Shown: positions 46,414 through 56,813, counted from the stretch's first letter. The stretch: DNA of 64,000 bases from Tepidisphaera sp. (GCA_050916045.1 CP051526.1:1216001-1280000); one strand, 5' to 3'. The notes: generated from the sequence alone by a model not told the origin. A program made the numbers and translations.

Positions 46414-46956
46414 TCACGCCAATTCGAAGATTGACTGCGTCCGGATGACGAGCGAGCCGGTGGCGATGAGGTGGTACGCCTGCGCGTGGATCTGCTTCTG
46501 CTGGCGCTGGATCGAGACCATGCTGAGGCAGCGGCCGGTCTCGTCGGACCAGTGGTGCATCACAGGGTTTTCTTCCTTCGCGAGGTCGAGCATTTCGCGG
46601 TGGACATCGGCGAAGAGGTTGTCCGCAAGCTGTTCGGTCTGCACGCTGAGCATGTAGGTGAGGCCGCCGGGCGCGAACGTGTGCTCGAACTCATGCTCGC
46701 CCGCTGCGAGAAACGCGGAGAGGACGCCGGCGGTGGGGAGGTTGCGGGTCGAGTCGGCAAAAAGCTCGGTTGCGCTCTGGCCGCCGGCGGAGAACCGCAG
46801 GGCGTGCGAACCGGGCATCAGCCAGGCTTCGAGCTCGTACTTGTCACCCTTGACGACCCGCTTGGTGCGCACGGGCAGCAGCTCCGGGTGGAGCGGGCGG
46901 TCGTAGAGCAGGGCCTGATGGGTGAGGACAGGATTCGGTCTGGTTGGAACGTTCAT
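46414..46956 (-). CDS. DUF2617-like protein
   Basis: LYDRPLHPELL, YMLSVQTEQL, terminal VIRTQSIFE; family assignment from memory of the motif. Confidence 0.65.
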   Translation of the reverse strand: MNVPTRPNPVLTHQALLYDRPLHPELLPVRTKRVVKGDKYELEAWLMPGSHALRFSAGGQSATELFADSTRNLPTAGVLSAFLAAGEHEFEHTFAPGGLTYMLSVQTEQLADNLFADVHREMLDLAKEENPVMHHWSDETGRCLSMVSIQRQQKQIHAQAYHLIATGSLVIRTQSIFELA

Positions 46957-47249
46957 GTCTTTTCCGGTTGGCGTCACCAATTCTGGTGATTCGCGTGGCG
47001 ATTCTCTCTCTCGCCCCGACGCTTTCCGACTCGCAGGGGTCGACCCGTTCGGGGTCGCTTCCTGCGTATTCCGGACCTTGGTGACGGCTCTCCTTCCGTC
47101 GCCAAGGGATCTCGTTGAGCCCCAGACCCCCCCCCAACTTCGCGCCTCAACGGGTGTGCCCGGTCGATAGATCCAAGGGTTTCCGGTTTCGCACTCCGGG
47201 GACCGTTTGGATTCCGTCAACGCTGAACGTGTAACCGATCCGGGTCTAT

Positions 47250-49187
47250 ATGTCGCGCTTCCGACAAACTATCCACAATCTCTTGGGGTACTCTCCGCTT
47301 CGAAGGCCCGCTCGGTTCCTTCACGCGGACGCCACGATAGCCGAGAGTCACGATTTTTCCAAGCCCATCTTGGGTGTTGCGCGAAGGAATCCGGCGTTCA
47401 CCCCAGACGATGTTGGTCGGCTCTGGATCGCGTTGGGTGTCGTCTGTCCGATCGCAGAAGCTTCGCGATGGACAGAGCCCCTCGTCGCCGTTCTGCCTTC
47501 GTGCGGTCGCGCGGTGCTCGAAGAGGGATGGTCGGCGTTGGTCGGGGCCGGGGCGCACGAAGCGGCGCAGGCGATCGAGCCCAGGATCGGGCGTGCCCGT
47601 GCGATCGAGCTGGCTTGCGAACTGGCGGGCCGTTCGTCTTCCCAGGCGCGGTTGGCGGCGATCCAGTGGGTTGGAACGGGCGCGTGGGCCGAGTGCGATG
47701 GGGTGATCGTTCGCGGGCTGAGTGATCCGGAAGCCAAGGTCGCGTCGGCGGCCGATGCGGTGGTGAGGCAGATCGCGGAGCTTGCGTCGGCGGATGAGGT
47801 CGTTCGCAGCGCGGCACGCGGTCTCTTGACACGAGCTGTGGGTGAGTTTGAGCTTCATCAGTCACGCGAGGTCGCGGCCGCGGTGGTCGCGCTGAAGCGG
47901 CCGGGTGAAGATGACGAAGCCTGGAAGCGGCTTGCATCGGATGAATCCGGACGCATCGCTCTGACGCGGGCGATGCGGTCGGGTTCGCATGACGCCATCC
48001 GCATTCGGGCGTGGGAGACTCTGCCTGTGTCGTGGCTGACGCAAGCGGCGATGGACCGCCTCCGGCAGGCGTGCGGCGTGGAGGCCCACGCGGCTTTGCT
48101 TTCGCGCGGGCATCTGGTCCGGCGCGTCGTGCGGCGAGCGGCGATCCGTACGCGGCCCGAGCGAGAACAGTCGTTGCTCCCGACGGCGATGGTCCCGATG
48201 AACGCGGCGGTGCTGAACCGCATCGGCGAGTCGGCGTGCGCGGGCGTCGGGCGCGTGCTCGCGGGTTTGGATGCGGATGTCGGCTTGCGGGAGCGGTGGG
48301 GGCGTGCGGCGCTCGGCCATTCGAGCGGGCTGGTGCGATTCACCGCGTGGCGGGCGACGCCCCGGCGGACAGCGATCGATTACGCGTTCGACCGTGATGC
48401 CGGGATTGCGAGATCGGCGGCTTTGGCCGCGTGCGGGGAGTCCGGGCCCTGGCGGGCGCTCGTGCGGAGTGAGCACCCGGCCGTGCGGACGATTGCCGCG
48501 GACGAACTCGCCAAACTCGGCCTCAGTTGGATCGATCGTCCGGACGCGATCCTCGGCCTCAGGCGTCGCGCGACGCGCGAGCCGGCCGCGATGGAACGCG
48601 AATGGAAGCGGCGGTGGGAAGCGGCGGACACCCGAGAGCGGGTGACGCTCCTCAAACTCGCACGACGCGTCGGGCTCGCCGGGCGCGTGGCCGATGTCGC
48701 TTCTCGCGTGATCGATCCGGCGAGCGAGCCGGGGAGCGACGCGGCCAAGCTGACGGCGACGGCGGTCGCGTGTCTGGACGACTCGGACGCGGCTCGCGCG
48801 TGTCTGCACGCGGCGGACCCGAGGGTGCGGTCCAACGCGGCGGAAGCCATCGCGACTGAGCACGCGGGATCACTGATGGAACTCAAGAGCGACGCGAACC
48901 ACCGCGTGCGGGCGAGCGTGCTGCGGCGGCTTGCTGTCGCCGGCCTGCTCCCGGCAGCTTCGCTGCTTGCGGAACTGATCGAGATGAGCGAGCGCGACGA
49001 GCAAACCCACCGGCTTGCGGCGGCTTGGCTTGTGTCGCGTGTCGCGGGCGTTGTCGATCCCGGTGCGGCGGCGGCGCTGGTTGAGCGAAGGCTTGGAACC
49101 GAAAGCGATGCAAGCGTGCGGGCGCGGCTGGCCGATGCGGCCCGGCGGTACGCGGGAAGCGTCAGCGTTCAGCGGGAGGCGGCATGA
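47250..49187 (+). CDS. HEAT-repeat protein
   Basis: Helical repeats DPEAKV, EHPAVR, DPRVRSNAAEA, NHRVRAS, DASVRA. Start uncertain. Confidence 0.7.
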   Translation: MSRFRQTIHNLLGYSPLRRPARFLHADATIAESHDFSKPILGVARRNPAFTPDDVGRLWIALGVVCPIAEASRWTEPLVAVLPSCGRAVLEEGWSALVGAGAHEAAQAIEPRIGRARAIELACELAGRSSSQARLAAIQWVGTGAWAECDGVIVRGLSDPEAKVASAADAVVRQIAELASADEVVRSAARGLLTRAVGEFELHQSREVAAAVVALKRPGEDDEAWKRLASDESGRIALTRAMRSGSHDAIRIRAWETLPVSWLTQAAMDRLRQACGVEAHAALLSRGHLVRRVVRRAAIRTRPEREQSLLPTAMVPMNAAVLNRIGESACAGVGRVLAGLDADVGLRERWGRAALGHSSGLVRFTAWRATPRRTAIDYAFDRDAGIARSAALAACGESGPWRALVRSEHPAVRTIAADELAKLGLSWIDRPDAILGLRRRATREPAAMEREWKRRWEAADTRERVTLLKLARRVGLAGRVADVASRVIDPASEPGSDAAKLTATAVACLDDSDAARACLHAADPRVRSNAAEAIATEHAGSLMELKSDANHRVRASVLRRLAVAGLLPAASLLAELIEMSERDEQTHRLAAAWLVSRVAGVVDPGAAAALVERRLGTESDASVRARLADAARRYAGSVSVQREAA

Positions 49188-49510
49188 TGGGTTTGCTTGC
49201 GGAAGGTCCGATCCGGCTGATCTACGAGGATGGCGCGCGGATCGCGCCAGAAGCGTCCGTCTGGTGGCCCGCGTGGGCTCTCTGGGCGGGCGTCGCGGTG
49301 CTGGTGGTTCTGGCGGCGGCGATCCTTCGCCGGCGGCTGACGCGGTCAAGCGATCCGTACGACCGGCTTCTGAGCAGGTTGTGCGAAGCGACGGGCGTGA
49401 CGGCCGACGCACGAACGAAGCTTCTGCTCCGGGCGGGCGGCGATGCTCAGCGAGCGACGGGCATGATGCTGCTTGGCGCGATACGAGAGAGCGAACGGGT
49501 CAGTTCTTGA
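49184..49510 (+). CDS. Small single-TM hypothetical protein
   Basis: ATGA overlap with the HEAT gene, GGAGG RBS, one TM helix. Confidence 0.55.
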   Translation: MMGLLAEGPIRLIYEDGARIAPEASVWWPAWALWAGVAVLVVLAAAILRRRLTRSSDPYDRLLSRLCEATGVTADARTKLLLRAGGDAQRATGMMLLGAIRESERVSS

Positions 49511-50567
49511 GCGCCGCTTTGAGCTGCGCGGCGTAGGAAGCGATGCCGTCAGCGGGCTTGATCGAGGGCTCCCAGCCCAGACCCGCTTTGTTCGCCGTGA
49601 CGTCCGCGCAGGTGTAGTCCTGATAGAACTTGCGGATGTCCGCGGGCATGTCGAAGTACTCGGTGGGGAGGTCGTTCTTTCCAAGTCCCAGCGCGGGCCG
49701 CAACGCGGCGATGATGTCGTTGAAGGAGGTCGCGACGCCGCTTCCGACGTTGTAGACGCCGGGGGTCGGCGCGGGCTTGCCGCCCAGGCCCGCCGCGGCC
49801 ATCGTGCAGGCGACGACGTCGTCGACGTGGACCTGGTCGCGGGCGTGCGATCCGTCGCGGAAGAGGCGCGGCGCCTCGCCGCGGAGCATGCGGGTCGCGA
49901 GCTGGTAGACCATCGAAGCCATCTTGCCCTTGCGGCTTTCGCCGGGGCCGAAGACGTTGAAGTAGCGGAGGCCGACGACATGCGGCGGTGACGGCAGGGT
50001 CGCGGCCAAGCGGCGGTGGTCGCACTCCATCAGCCACTTGCTGAACCCGTAGACGTTGTTCGGCGAGCCGGCCGCCTCGAGCGGGAAGGCTTTGCGGGAC
50101 GCGGCCTGCGGGGGCGTGCCGTAGACGGCGGCGCTGCTCGCGTAGACGAGCGGGACGTCCTTGCTGACGCACGCGTGCATCAGAGCCATCATGGGCGTGG
50201 TGTTGACGGCGAGCATCTCGGCTTCATCGGCGACGGTCGTGTCGGTGATGGCGCCCAGGTGGAAGAACGCGTCGATGTCGGCGGTTTCGAGGAGAGCTTC
50301 GAACTCAAAGTCCTCGATGGCGATGGGCAGGACGACGCCGGAGAAGGGCGGGAGGTCCTGGCGCTCGAAGGCTTCGACGATGTTGGCGAAGGAGCCCGAG
50401 CGGAAGTCGTCGATGATGATGAGCTCGGTGTCGGGGTCGCGTGCGACGAGGGCCGCGGCGAGATTGGAACCCACGAAACCGGCGCCGCCGGTGATGACGT
50501 AAAGCGGGCGCGGCTTGTGCTTTTCCTTGGCGGGGGTGCGCGAGCGCTCGTGGCGGTGGGTCTTCAT
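49500..50567 (-). CDS. hldD: ADP-L-glycero-D-manno-heptose 6-epimerase-like extended SDR
   Basis: TGGAGFVGSN, HLGAITDTT, YASSAAVYG, PNNVYGFSK, GLRYFNVFGPGE..KGKMAS, YQDYTCAD. Confidence 0.85.
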   Translation of the reverse strand: MKTHRHERSRTPAKEKHKPRPLYVITGGAGFVGSNLAAALVARDPDTELIIIDDFRSGSFANIVEAFERQDLPPFSGVVLPIAIEDFEFEALLETADIDAFFHLGAITDTTVADEAEMLAVNTTPMMALMHACVSKDVPLVYASSAAVYGTPPQAASRKAFPLEAAGSPNNVYGFSKWLMECDHRRLAATLPSPPHVVGLRYFNVFGPGESRKGKMASMVYQLATRMLRGEAPRLFRDGSHARDQVHVDDVVACTMAAAGLGGKPAPTPGVYNVGSGVATSFNDIIAALRPALGLGKNDLPTEYFDMPADIRKFYQDYTCADVTANKAGLGWEPSIKPADGIASYAAQLKAALKN

Positions 50568-50640
50568 CCGCCGACTGTAGGGAGTTGCGGTTGCCGGGTG
50601 GGGGTGCCGGTCGGGCGGGCCGCCTCATCGGCGGAAGCGA

Positions 50641-51327
50641 TCACTGCGGCTTGGCGGGGATGCGGAGCTTCATGCCCGGGCGGAGGGCGTTCTCGTCGGG
50701 GAGGAGCGAGCGGTTGGCTTCCACGATCGCTTGCCAGTCCTTGCTTGAGCCCCAGACCTTCTGGGCGATGCCCGAAAGTGTGTCACCCTTCACGACGAGG
50801 TATTCGGTGAGGTTCGCCGTGCCGCTTGCGGGCTGGCCGGAGGGGGTCGGGCTGGATGGCGCGGGCTTGCCCTGGATGTTGGTCGGGTCTTTCGGGAGGC
50901 GGATCTGGTCGCCGGGCTTGAGCCGGCGGGGGTCCTTCATCGGGTTGGCCCGAGCGATGGCGGTGTGCAGGCGTGAGGAGCCGTAACGGGCTTTGGCGAT
51001 GGTTTCGAAGGTCTCGCCTTGCTTGACCGTGTACGTCTCGAACTCGGGCGGAATGACGGCTGGGCCGGGCGCCGGGGCTGGGGCCGGGACGGGCGCGGGG
51101 GGGGCGGGTTCCGGCTTGGGAAGCGGCTCGACGGGAGCGGGCTTGACGGCCTGCTCAGGGTTGGTGAGGCCGGTACGAGCGGCGGGGAGGGGCGTGCTAA
51201 GGGAATCGGGGAGCGGCGCGATGCCGTCAGAGCCCTTGCCGCTTGGCTCATAGAGCCAGTACGCGCCGATCCAGACGAGCGCGAGACAGCCGGTCGCGGC
51301 CATCAGTCTGGATGATGCGGATTCCAT
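50641..51327 (-). CDS. Membrane-anchored protein with two LysM domains
   Basis: TM, Pro-rich linker, YTVKQGETFETIA..LKPGDQIRLP and YLVVKGDTLSGIA..LRPGMKLRIP. Confidence 0.92.
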   Translation of the reverse strand: MESASSRLMAATGCLALVWIGAYWLYEPSGKGSDGIAPLPDSLSTPLPAARTGLTNPEQAVKPAPVEPLPKPEPAPPAPVPAPAPAPGPAVIPPEFETYTVKQGETFETIAKARYGSSRLHTAIARANPMKDPRRLKPGDQIRLPKDPTNIQGKPAPSSPTPSGQPASGTANLTEYLVVKGDTLSGIAQKVWGSSKDWQAIVEANRSLLPDENALRPGMKLRIPAKPQ

Positions 51328-51403
51328 GCCAAAGCCTCCGAGTCATTGTATCGACACGAGTACGGGCGGACCTTGTGACCGATCGCGCGCGGGCGACCGA
51401 TTT

Positions 51404-54400
51404 CTATCGGGCCGGCAGCGCAGGATTTGCGCCCTCGTCGGTGGGCTCGGCGTCATCGATCGTTTCGGCGGCACCGCGGCGAGCGCCGCACACCATCGGA
51501 GCGGCGAGCATGATCGAGGACAGCGTTCCGACCACGATGCCGAGGCCGAGGGTGTAGGCGAAGGGCTTGAGGGCATCGCCGCCGACGGTGTAGAGGACGA
51601 CGGTTGAGAGGATGGTCGTGGTGCCGGTGAGCAGCGTTCGGCTGATGCACTGGTTGACCGAGTCGTTGACCATCTGGCGGGTGACGACCTTGGCTTTCCC
51701 GCGGTTTTCGCGGATGCGGTCCAAGAGCACGATCTTGTCGTTGATCGAGTAGCCGAGCACGGTGAGCACGGAGGCGACGACGGTGAGGTCGATCTTGAAG
51801 GGGACCATGCCCAGGGCGTTGGCGACGGCGGGGAGGTTGTCGTAGATGAGCTCAGCCGCGGCGATGAGGCCGATGGCGATCAAGCAGTCCATGAGGGTGG
51901 GGACGATCGCGGCGATCGAGAACCGGATCGAGTTGAACCGGATCCAGATGAAGAGCACGATGAGGAGCGCCGCGACGATGACGCAGAGGATCGCTTGCGC
52001 GACGAAGGTCTTCGCGATGGCCGGGCTGAACTCGTTGGCGGAGAGGAGGGACGTCTCCTCGGTGAGGGCCGAGCGGACGACGGCCCACTCGGTGTCGCGG
52101 ACGTTGACCCGCCAGTCGTCCGAAGACCCAATGCTGAGGTGTTCGGCGTCGAGAGAGACGAGGACTGCGGAGCGAACGGCGCTTTCATCGCCAGCGAGGA
52201 TCACGATGTCGGTGAGGGTGCGGGTTGCGCCGCGGAGGCCCGGCTTGTTGCGGGCGCTGGTGACTCGATCGCGGAGCTCGCGGAGGGGCACGGGGGGCGT
52301 GATTTCCTCGAGGAGGGTGGCGATGCCGCCGCGGTACTCGGGGAGAACGACGCCGACCTCGGGCTTGCCGATGACGTCGCCGAGGCGGGGGCGGTTGATC
52401 GGGAAGGCGGGGATGGTGTCGCCGCCATCAAGATCGGATCCCTTGAACTTGAGCTCCTGGCGGCGCTCGATGGCGTCGCCGAAGGCTTCGAGGACCGCGG
52501 CGGAGACGACGTCGGTGTCGGGGAGAAGGGTCTTGAGGCTGAACTTGTCGGAGGAGAGGTCCGCTCGCGGGTCGATCACCTGGACGGTGACGTTGCGGAG
52601 GTCGCGGGGGTAACGGTCGGTCTCGGCGACCTTGAGGAAGCGTTCCTCGACCTCGCTGCGCTTGAGGGTCATGGCCTGACCGGTCGCGGGGTCGGTGCGG
52701 AGCTGCAGGACGACCTGCGTGCCGCCGCGGAACTCGGTGTCGAACATCTCGCGGTTGCGATAGCCGATGAGGGCGAAGGCGCCGATCGTGGCCGCCAGAC
52801 AGATCGTGTAGAACACGCCGCGGAGGCGCATCCAGTCGACGCTGAGGGTGAACGCACGCTGGACCGCTGGGACCGCCATGGGGAGCATGGAGGTGGTGCG
52901 CCAGCCAAGCTTGAGCGCGATGTCGAAGAGCAGGCGGGTGAAGACGAGCTGGGCGAAGAGCGTGGTGACCACGCCGATGCTCATGGTGACGGCGAAGCCT
53001 CGGATCTCGGTGGTGCCGAAGATGAAGAGAACCGAGCAGACCAGCAGGTGGGTCGAGTTGCCGTCGATGATGGCGGACATCGCGCGGTTGTAGCCCAGGC
53101 CGACGGCTTCCTTGAGGGCGACGCGCTTGGCGAGCTCTTCACGCATGCGCTCGAAGATCAGCACGTTGGCGTCGACGGCCATCGCGAAAGCCAGGATGAC
53201 GCCGGCGATGCCGGGCAGGGTGAAAGCGGCTTTGTTGAGCGCCATGAGCGCGATGAGGAGGAACGTGTTGAGGGCGAGGGCGAGGGTCGAGACCAGGCCG
53301 CAGGTGAAGTAGTAGACGATGAGGAAGCCGGCGCAGATGGCGAAGGAGATGTAGCCGGCGTTGAGGCCTCGCTGGAGGTTGTCGCGGCCGAGGGTCGGGC
53401 TCAGGATCGACTGGCTGATGGGTTCGGGGCTGAGCTTGGCCTGGAGGGCGCCGGCGACGAGGACCTTGATGACGTACTGGCGTTCGGAGTCGGAATCGAC
53501 GCCGGTGATGTTTCCGTTTCGGGAGATGGCGTTGAGGAGGCGCGGGGCGGTGTAGACCTCATCGTCGAGGACGATGGCCATGTTCTGGCCGACGTGGCGG
53601 GCGGTGAGGTCGCCGAGGAGGACCGAGCCGACGTTGTCCATCGTGAAGGCGATGGCGGGCTTGCCCATTTCGTCGCGCGAGTCCATGGCGTTGGAGACGG
53701 CCCAGTTGCCGCTTGCACCGGTGAGCTTGGCGCTCGCGGTATCCCAGCAGAGGAGGTAGTACCCGTCGAGGTAGGCTTCGCCGACGTAGCCCATGCCGGC
53801 GAAGAACGCGGCGGGGTTGGCGCGGAGGAGGTCTCGCTGGGAGACCGAGTCGTACCAGCTGGCGATGTCATTGATCTTGAACCAGCGGGCGTCGGGGCGG
53901 CGGGCGACGGCGGGGCCGCGCTCGGCGAGCTCGCGGCGGAGCGAGAGCTCATCGGGGTGGCCGCCCTCGCCGGGCTTGATCGTGATGCGGAACGCGAGCT
54001 CACCCGAGCCGCGGAGGAGGCGCATGAGGTCCTGCGGGTCGTCGAGGGTGACGCGCTTTTCGGAGTAGGCCTGGTACGCGGTCGCGACATCCTTGAGCTC
54101 ATTGGCCCGGAGCGGGAAGCGGGTCAGGAGCTCGTTGAACTTGATGTCCTGCTGGCTGTCATCGAGGACGCGGACCTTGGGGTCGTCGGTCTTGATGGAG
54201 CGCTTGACGGTGGGGAGCTCGAGGACGCGGCGGACGGTCTCGGGGGAAATGACGCTTGAGGTGAGGGCGTCGACCGCGGCGCGGTACTTGGGGTTGATCT
54301 GGGCTCGCTGGGCGATGAGCTCATCGCGGTCGGCGGCGGGGGCTTCGGCGGGGAGGGCGGCGAGGCGGGCATCCATCGCGGCCAGGGAGTCGTAGAGGCC

Positions 54401-54862
54401 CGCGGCTTCCTTGAGCTTGTCGGCCAGGAGGGCGCGACCGGAAGCCAGCGCGGTGATCGCGGCGTCGCGTTCGGCGGCGGGAAGCGCGAAGACCTGCTGG
54501 AGGCGGCCGGGGGTCGGGCGGAACTCGCCGAGCTTCTGGACGGCCTGGTCGAACTCCTGACGGAGCTTCTTGACCGCGTCGCCGGGGAGCGGCATCGTGA
54601 TTTCGATGCGTTCAGCGCCGAGCTGCGTGACGGCGATCTCCATCACGCCCTTGGGGTCGATGCGTTCCTTGACGGCGTCGATGACGCGGCCGACGACGGA
54701 GGTGCTGTCCTCGCCGGGCCCGACCTGGACGTTGTAGACGAGGCTGATGCCGCCGGCGAGGTCGCGGCCGTAGCGGATCTGCTTTTCGGGCGGCCAGATG
54801 AACCAGGCGCAGGCCGCGAGGACGACGACTTGCAGGAGAATGCGCTTCCAGAGGCTCGACAT
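51404..54862 (-). CDS. secDF: Fused protein translocase subunit SecDF
   Basis: GRDLAGG, AIVLDDEV, TLPGIAG..AVDANVLIFER (SecD); EFRGG, GYSINDKIVLLDRIREN, SRTLLT (SecF). Confidence 0.95.
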   Translation of the reverse strand: MSSLWKRILLQVVVLAACAWFIWPPEKQIRYGRDLAGGISLVYNVQVGPGEDSTSVVGRVIDAVKERIDPKGVMEIAVTQLGAERIEITMPLPGDAVKKLRQEFDQAVQKLGEFRPTPGRLQQVFALPAAERDAAITALASGRALLADKLKEAAGLYDSLAAMDARLAALPAEAPAADRDELIAQRAQINPKYRAAVDALTSSVISPETVRRVLELPTVKRSIKTDDPKVRVLDDSQQDIKFNELLTRFPLRANELKDVATAYQAYSEKRVTLDDPQDLMRLLRGSGELAFRITIKPGEGGHPDELSLRRELAERGPAVARRPDARWFKINDIASWYDSVSQRDLLRANPAAFFAGMGYVGEAYLDGYYLLCWDTASAKLTGASGNWAVSNAMDSRDEMGKPAIAFTMDNVGSVLLGDLTARHVGQNMAIVLDDEVYTAPRLLNAISRNGNITGVDSDSERQYVIKVLVAGALQAKLSPEPISQSILSPTLGRDNLQRGLNAGYISFAICAGFLIVYYFTCGLVSTLALALNTFLLIALMALNKAAFTLPGIAGVILAFAMAVDANVLIFERMREELAKRVALKEAVGLGYNRAMSAIIDGNSTHLLVCSVLFIFGTTEIRGFAVTMSIGVVTTLFAQLVFTRLLFDIALKLGWRTTSMLPMAVPAVQRAFTLSVDWMRLRGVFYTICLAATIGAFALIGYRNREMFDTEFRGGTQVVLQLRTDPATGQAMTLKRSEVEERFLKVAETDRYPRDLRNVTVQVIDPRADLSSDKFSLKTLLPDTDVVSAAVLEAFGDAIERRQELKFKGSDLDGGDTIPAFPINRPRLGDVIGKPEVGVVLPEYRGGIATLLEEITPPVPLRELRDRVTSARNKPGLRGATRTLTDIVILAGDESAVRSAVLVSLDAEHLSIGSSDDWRVNVRDTEWAVVRSALTEETSLLSANEFSPAIAKTFVAQAILCVIVAALLIVLFIWIRFNSIRFSIAAIVPTLMDCLIAIGLIAAAELIYDNLPAVANALGMVPFKIDLTVVASVLTVLGYSINDKIVLLDRIRENRGKAKVVTRQMVNDSVNQCISRTLLTGTTTILSTVVLYTVGGDALKPFAYTLGLGIVVGTLSSIMLAAPMVCGARRGAAETIDDAEPTDEGANPALPAR

Positions 54863-54934
54863 CGTGTTGCTCGTTCCGTGTGGGCGCGGGAAGTGGTCCC
54901 CGCGCGATCTTCCGAAGGTCCGGTGCGGGACCGA

Positions 54935-55459
54935 TCAGGAGTTGGCGGTTTCTTTCTTGGTTTCCTTGGTCTCGATCGTGGCGACGGCGCCGTCCTTGGC
55001 TTTGGTGGAGCGGAGGACCGTCTGGACCGCGGACTTGACGTACCGGGCTTTGCCCTCTTCAAACTTGATGATCACCTCGGTCTCGCGGATGTCGGCCACG
55101 ATGCCGATCTCTCCGCCGATGAGCTGGACGGTGTCACCCTTGCTGACCGAGTCGAGGAGCTCCTGCCGCTTCTTCTTCTCGGCTTTGCCCGTGCGCCACT
55201 GCATGAAGATCATGAACGCGAAGACCGCGACGATGATCCAGAGGAAGCCAAAGCCGGGGGGCGGCGCGGCGTTCGGGCCGGTGCCGGCGGGGGTGCCGGT
55301 GCCCGCGGTGGGCGTGCTCGGGATCGCGCCGCCCTGCGTCGCCGCGGGAACGGGGCCGCCGAGGGACTGATTGCTCGGATTGCCTTCCTGAGCGAGGATC
55401 AGGACCGGGGAGTGGATGAGCGGGCTGGCTTGCGAGCCGGTCCAATCGAGATGCAGCAT
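54935..55459 (-). CDS. yajC: Preprotein translocase subunit YajC
   Basis: TM followed by KKRQELLDSVSKGDTVQLIGGEIG; tgt-yajC-secDF synteny. Confidence 0.9.
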   Translation of the reverse strand: MLHLDWTGSQASPLIHSPVLILAQEGNPSNQSLGGPVPAATQGGAIPSTPTAGTGTPAGTGPNAAPPPGFGFLWIIVAVFAFMIFMQWRTGKAEKKKRQELLDSVSKGDTVQLIGGEIGIVADIRETEVIIKFEEGKARYVKSAVQTVLRSTKAKDGAVATIETKETKKETANS

Positions 55460-55553
55460 TGGTGTTTAACCTTTGTTTGGGTCTACCGTCATTGCCAAGG
55501 GGGAACGGTAGGCGTTTGGGACCGGTTTTTCAGGGGCGGCCCGATGCGGGGCT

Positions 55554-56813
55554 TCAGCCAAGACCGGGGGCCGCGACGGGCCAGCGGTGGAGGAATCCGG
55601 CCCAGTCGTCGGCGGGAATCGTGGCTCGCAGGTCGGCCATGAAGCGTTGGAAGTGGCGCAGGTTGTGCAGGGTGACGAGGATGGGTCCGAGCATCTCCTC
55701 GGCCATGAAGAGGTGGCGGATGTACCCGCGCGAGAAGAAGGGGAGGTCCTCGCCGGCGGGTCCCCTCATCGCGTACCGGCTTGGCGTGCAGGCCGGGCAG
55801 TCGCAGGTTGGGTCGATCGGGGCTTGCTCTTTGGCGAACTTCGCGTTCCGCAGGCGGATCTGGCCGGTGGGGGTGAAGGCGTTGGCGTTGCGGCCGTTGC
55901 GCGTGGGGAGGACGCAATCGAACATGTCGACGCCCGCGCGGACGGCGGCGAGGAGGTCGCGTTCGTAGCCGACGCCCATGAGGTAACGCGGCTTGGCGTC
56001 GGGCATGAGCGGCGCGGTGTGGCGGACGACCGAAGCGATCTGCTCGGGGCCTTCGCCGACGGCGACGCCGCCGATGGCGTAGCCGGGGAGGTCGATGTTG
56101 CAGATGCGCTCGACGCACCATGACCGGGCGGCCATGTCGGTGCCGCCCTGGATGATGCCGAAGAGGGACTGCTCGGAGGGGCGGGTGTGGGCTTGCTTGC
56201 AGCGCTCAAGCCAGCGGACGGTGCGCTCGTTGGCGATGGCGACGCGCTGGGCGTGGTCGTACTTGTGGTCGCGGCGAAGGACTCGGGCGAGTCGCGGATC
56301 GGCGGGCGCCTCCGCATCGCCGGGCTCGGGAGCGGACGCGGGGTTTGACGGCGGGCAGTCGTCAAAGGCCATCATGATGTCGGGGCCGAGGAGGTTCTGG
56401 ACGCGGATGGACTCCTCGGGCGTCATGCGGATCATCTTGCCATCGATGATGGACTTGAACGTGACGCCGTCATCATCGACGGAGTTGGTGTCGGCCATCG
56501 AGTAGGCCTGGTAGCCGCCCGAGTCGGTCAGGATCGGTCCGTTCCAGGACATGAATCGGTGGACGCCGCCCATCTCGGCGATCAGGTCCGGGCCGGGGCG
56601 GAGGAGCAGGTGGTAGGTGTTGTTGAGGAGGATCTGGGCTCCGGTCTCGGCGACCAGATGCGGGAGGATGCCCTTGACCGAGCCGCGGGTGCCGACGGGC
56701 ATGAACGCGGGCGTGTCAAAGTCGCCATGGAGCGTGGAGACGCGGCCGACCCGCGCATGGGTGGTGGCGGAGCGGGCGGCGATGGTGAAGGTGAGGGGGG
56801 TGGGGGGGGGCAA
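55554..56813 (-). CDS. tgt: tRNA-guanine transglycosylase
   Basis: TPAFMPVGT, NTYHL, TDSGGYQ, PRYLMGVG, DMFDCVLPTRNGR, CDCPAC..HN; TTG start after TAGACT-N6. Confidence 0.97.
   Translation of the reverse strand: MPPPTPLTFTIAARSATTHARVGRVSTLHGDFDTPAFMPVGTRGSVKGILPHLVAETGAQILLNNTYHLLLRPGPDLIAEMGGVHRFMSWNGPILTDSGGYQAYSMADTNSVDDDGVTFKSIIDGKMIRMTPEESIRVQNLLGPDIMMAFDDCPPSNPASAPEPGDAEAPADPRLARVLRRDHKYDHAQRVAIANERTVRWLERCKQAHTRPSEQSLFGIIQGGTDMAARSWCVERICNIDLPGYAIGGVAVGEGPEQIASVVRHTAPLMPDAKPRYLMGVGYERDLLAAVRAGVDMFDCVLPTRNGRNANAFTPTGQIRLRNAKFAKEQAPIDPTCDCPACTPSRYAMRGPAGEDLPFFSRGYIRHLFMAEEMLGPILVTLHNLRHFQRFMADLRATIPADDWAGFLHRWPVAAPGLG

Noticed and set aside
43087..46434. 1115-aa plus-strand ORF
   Set aside because: Antisense shadow of ileS.
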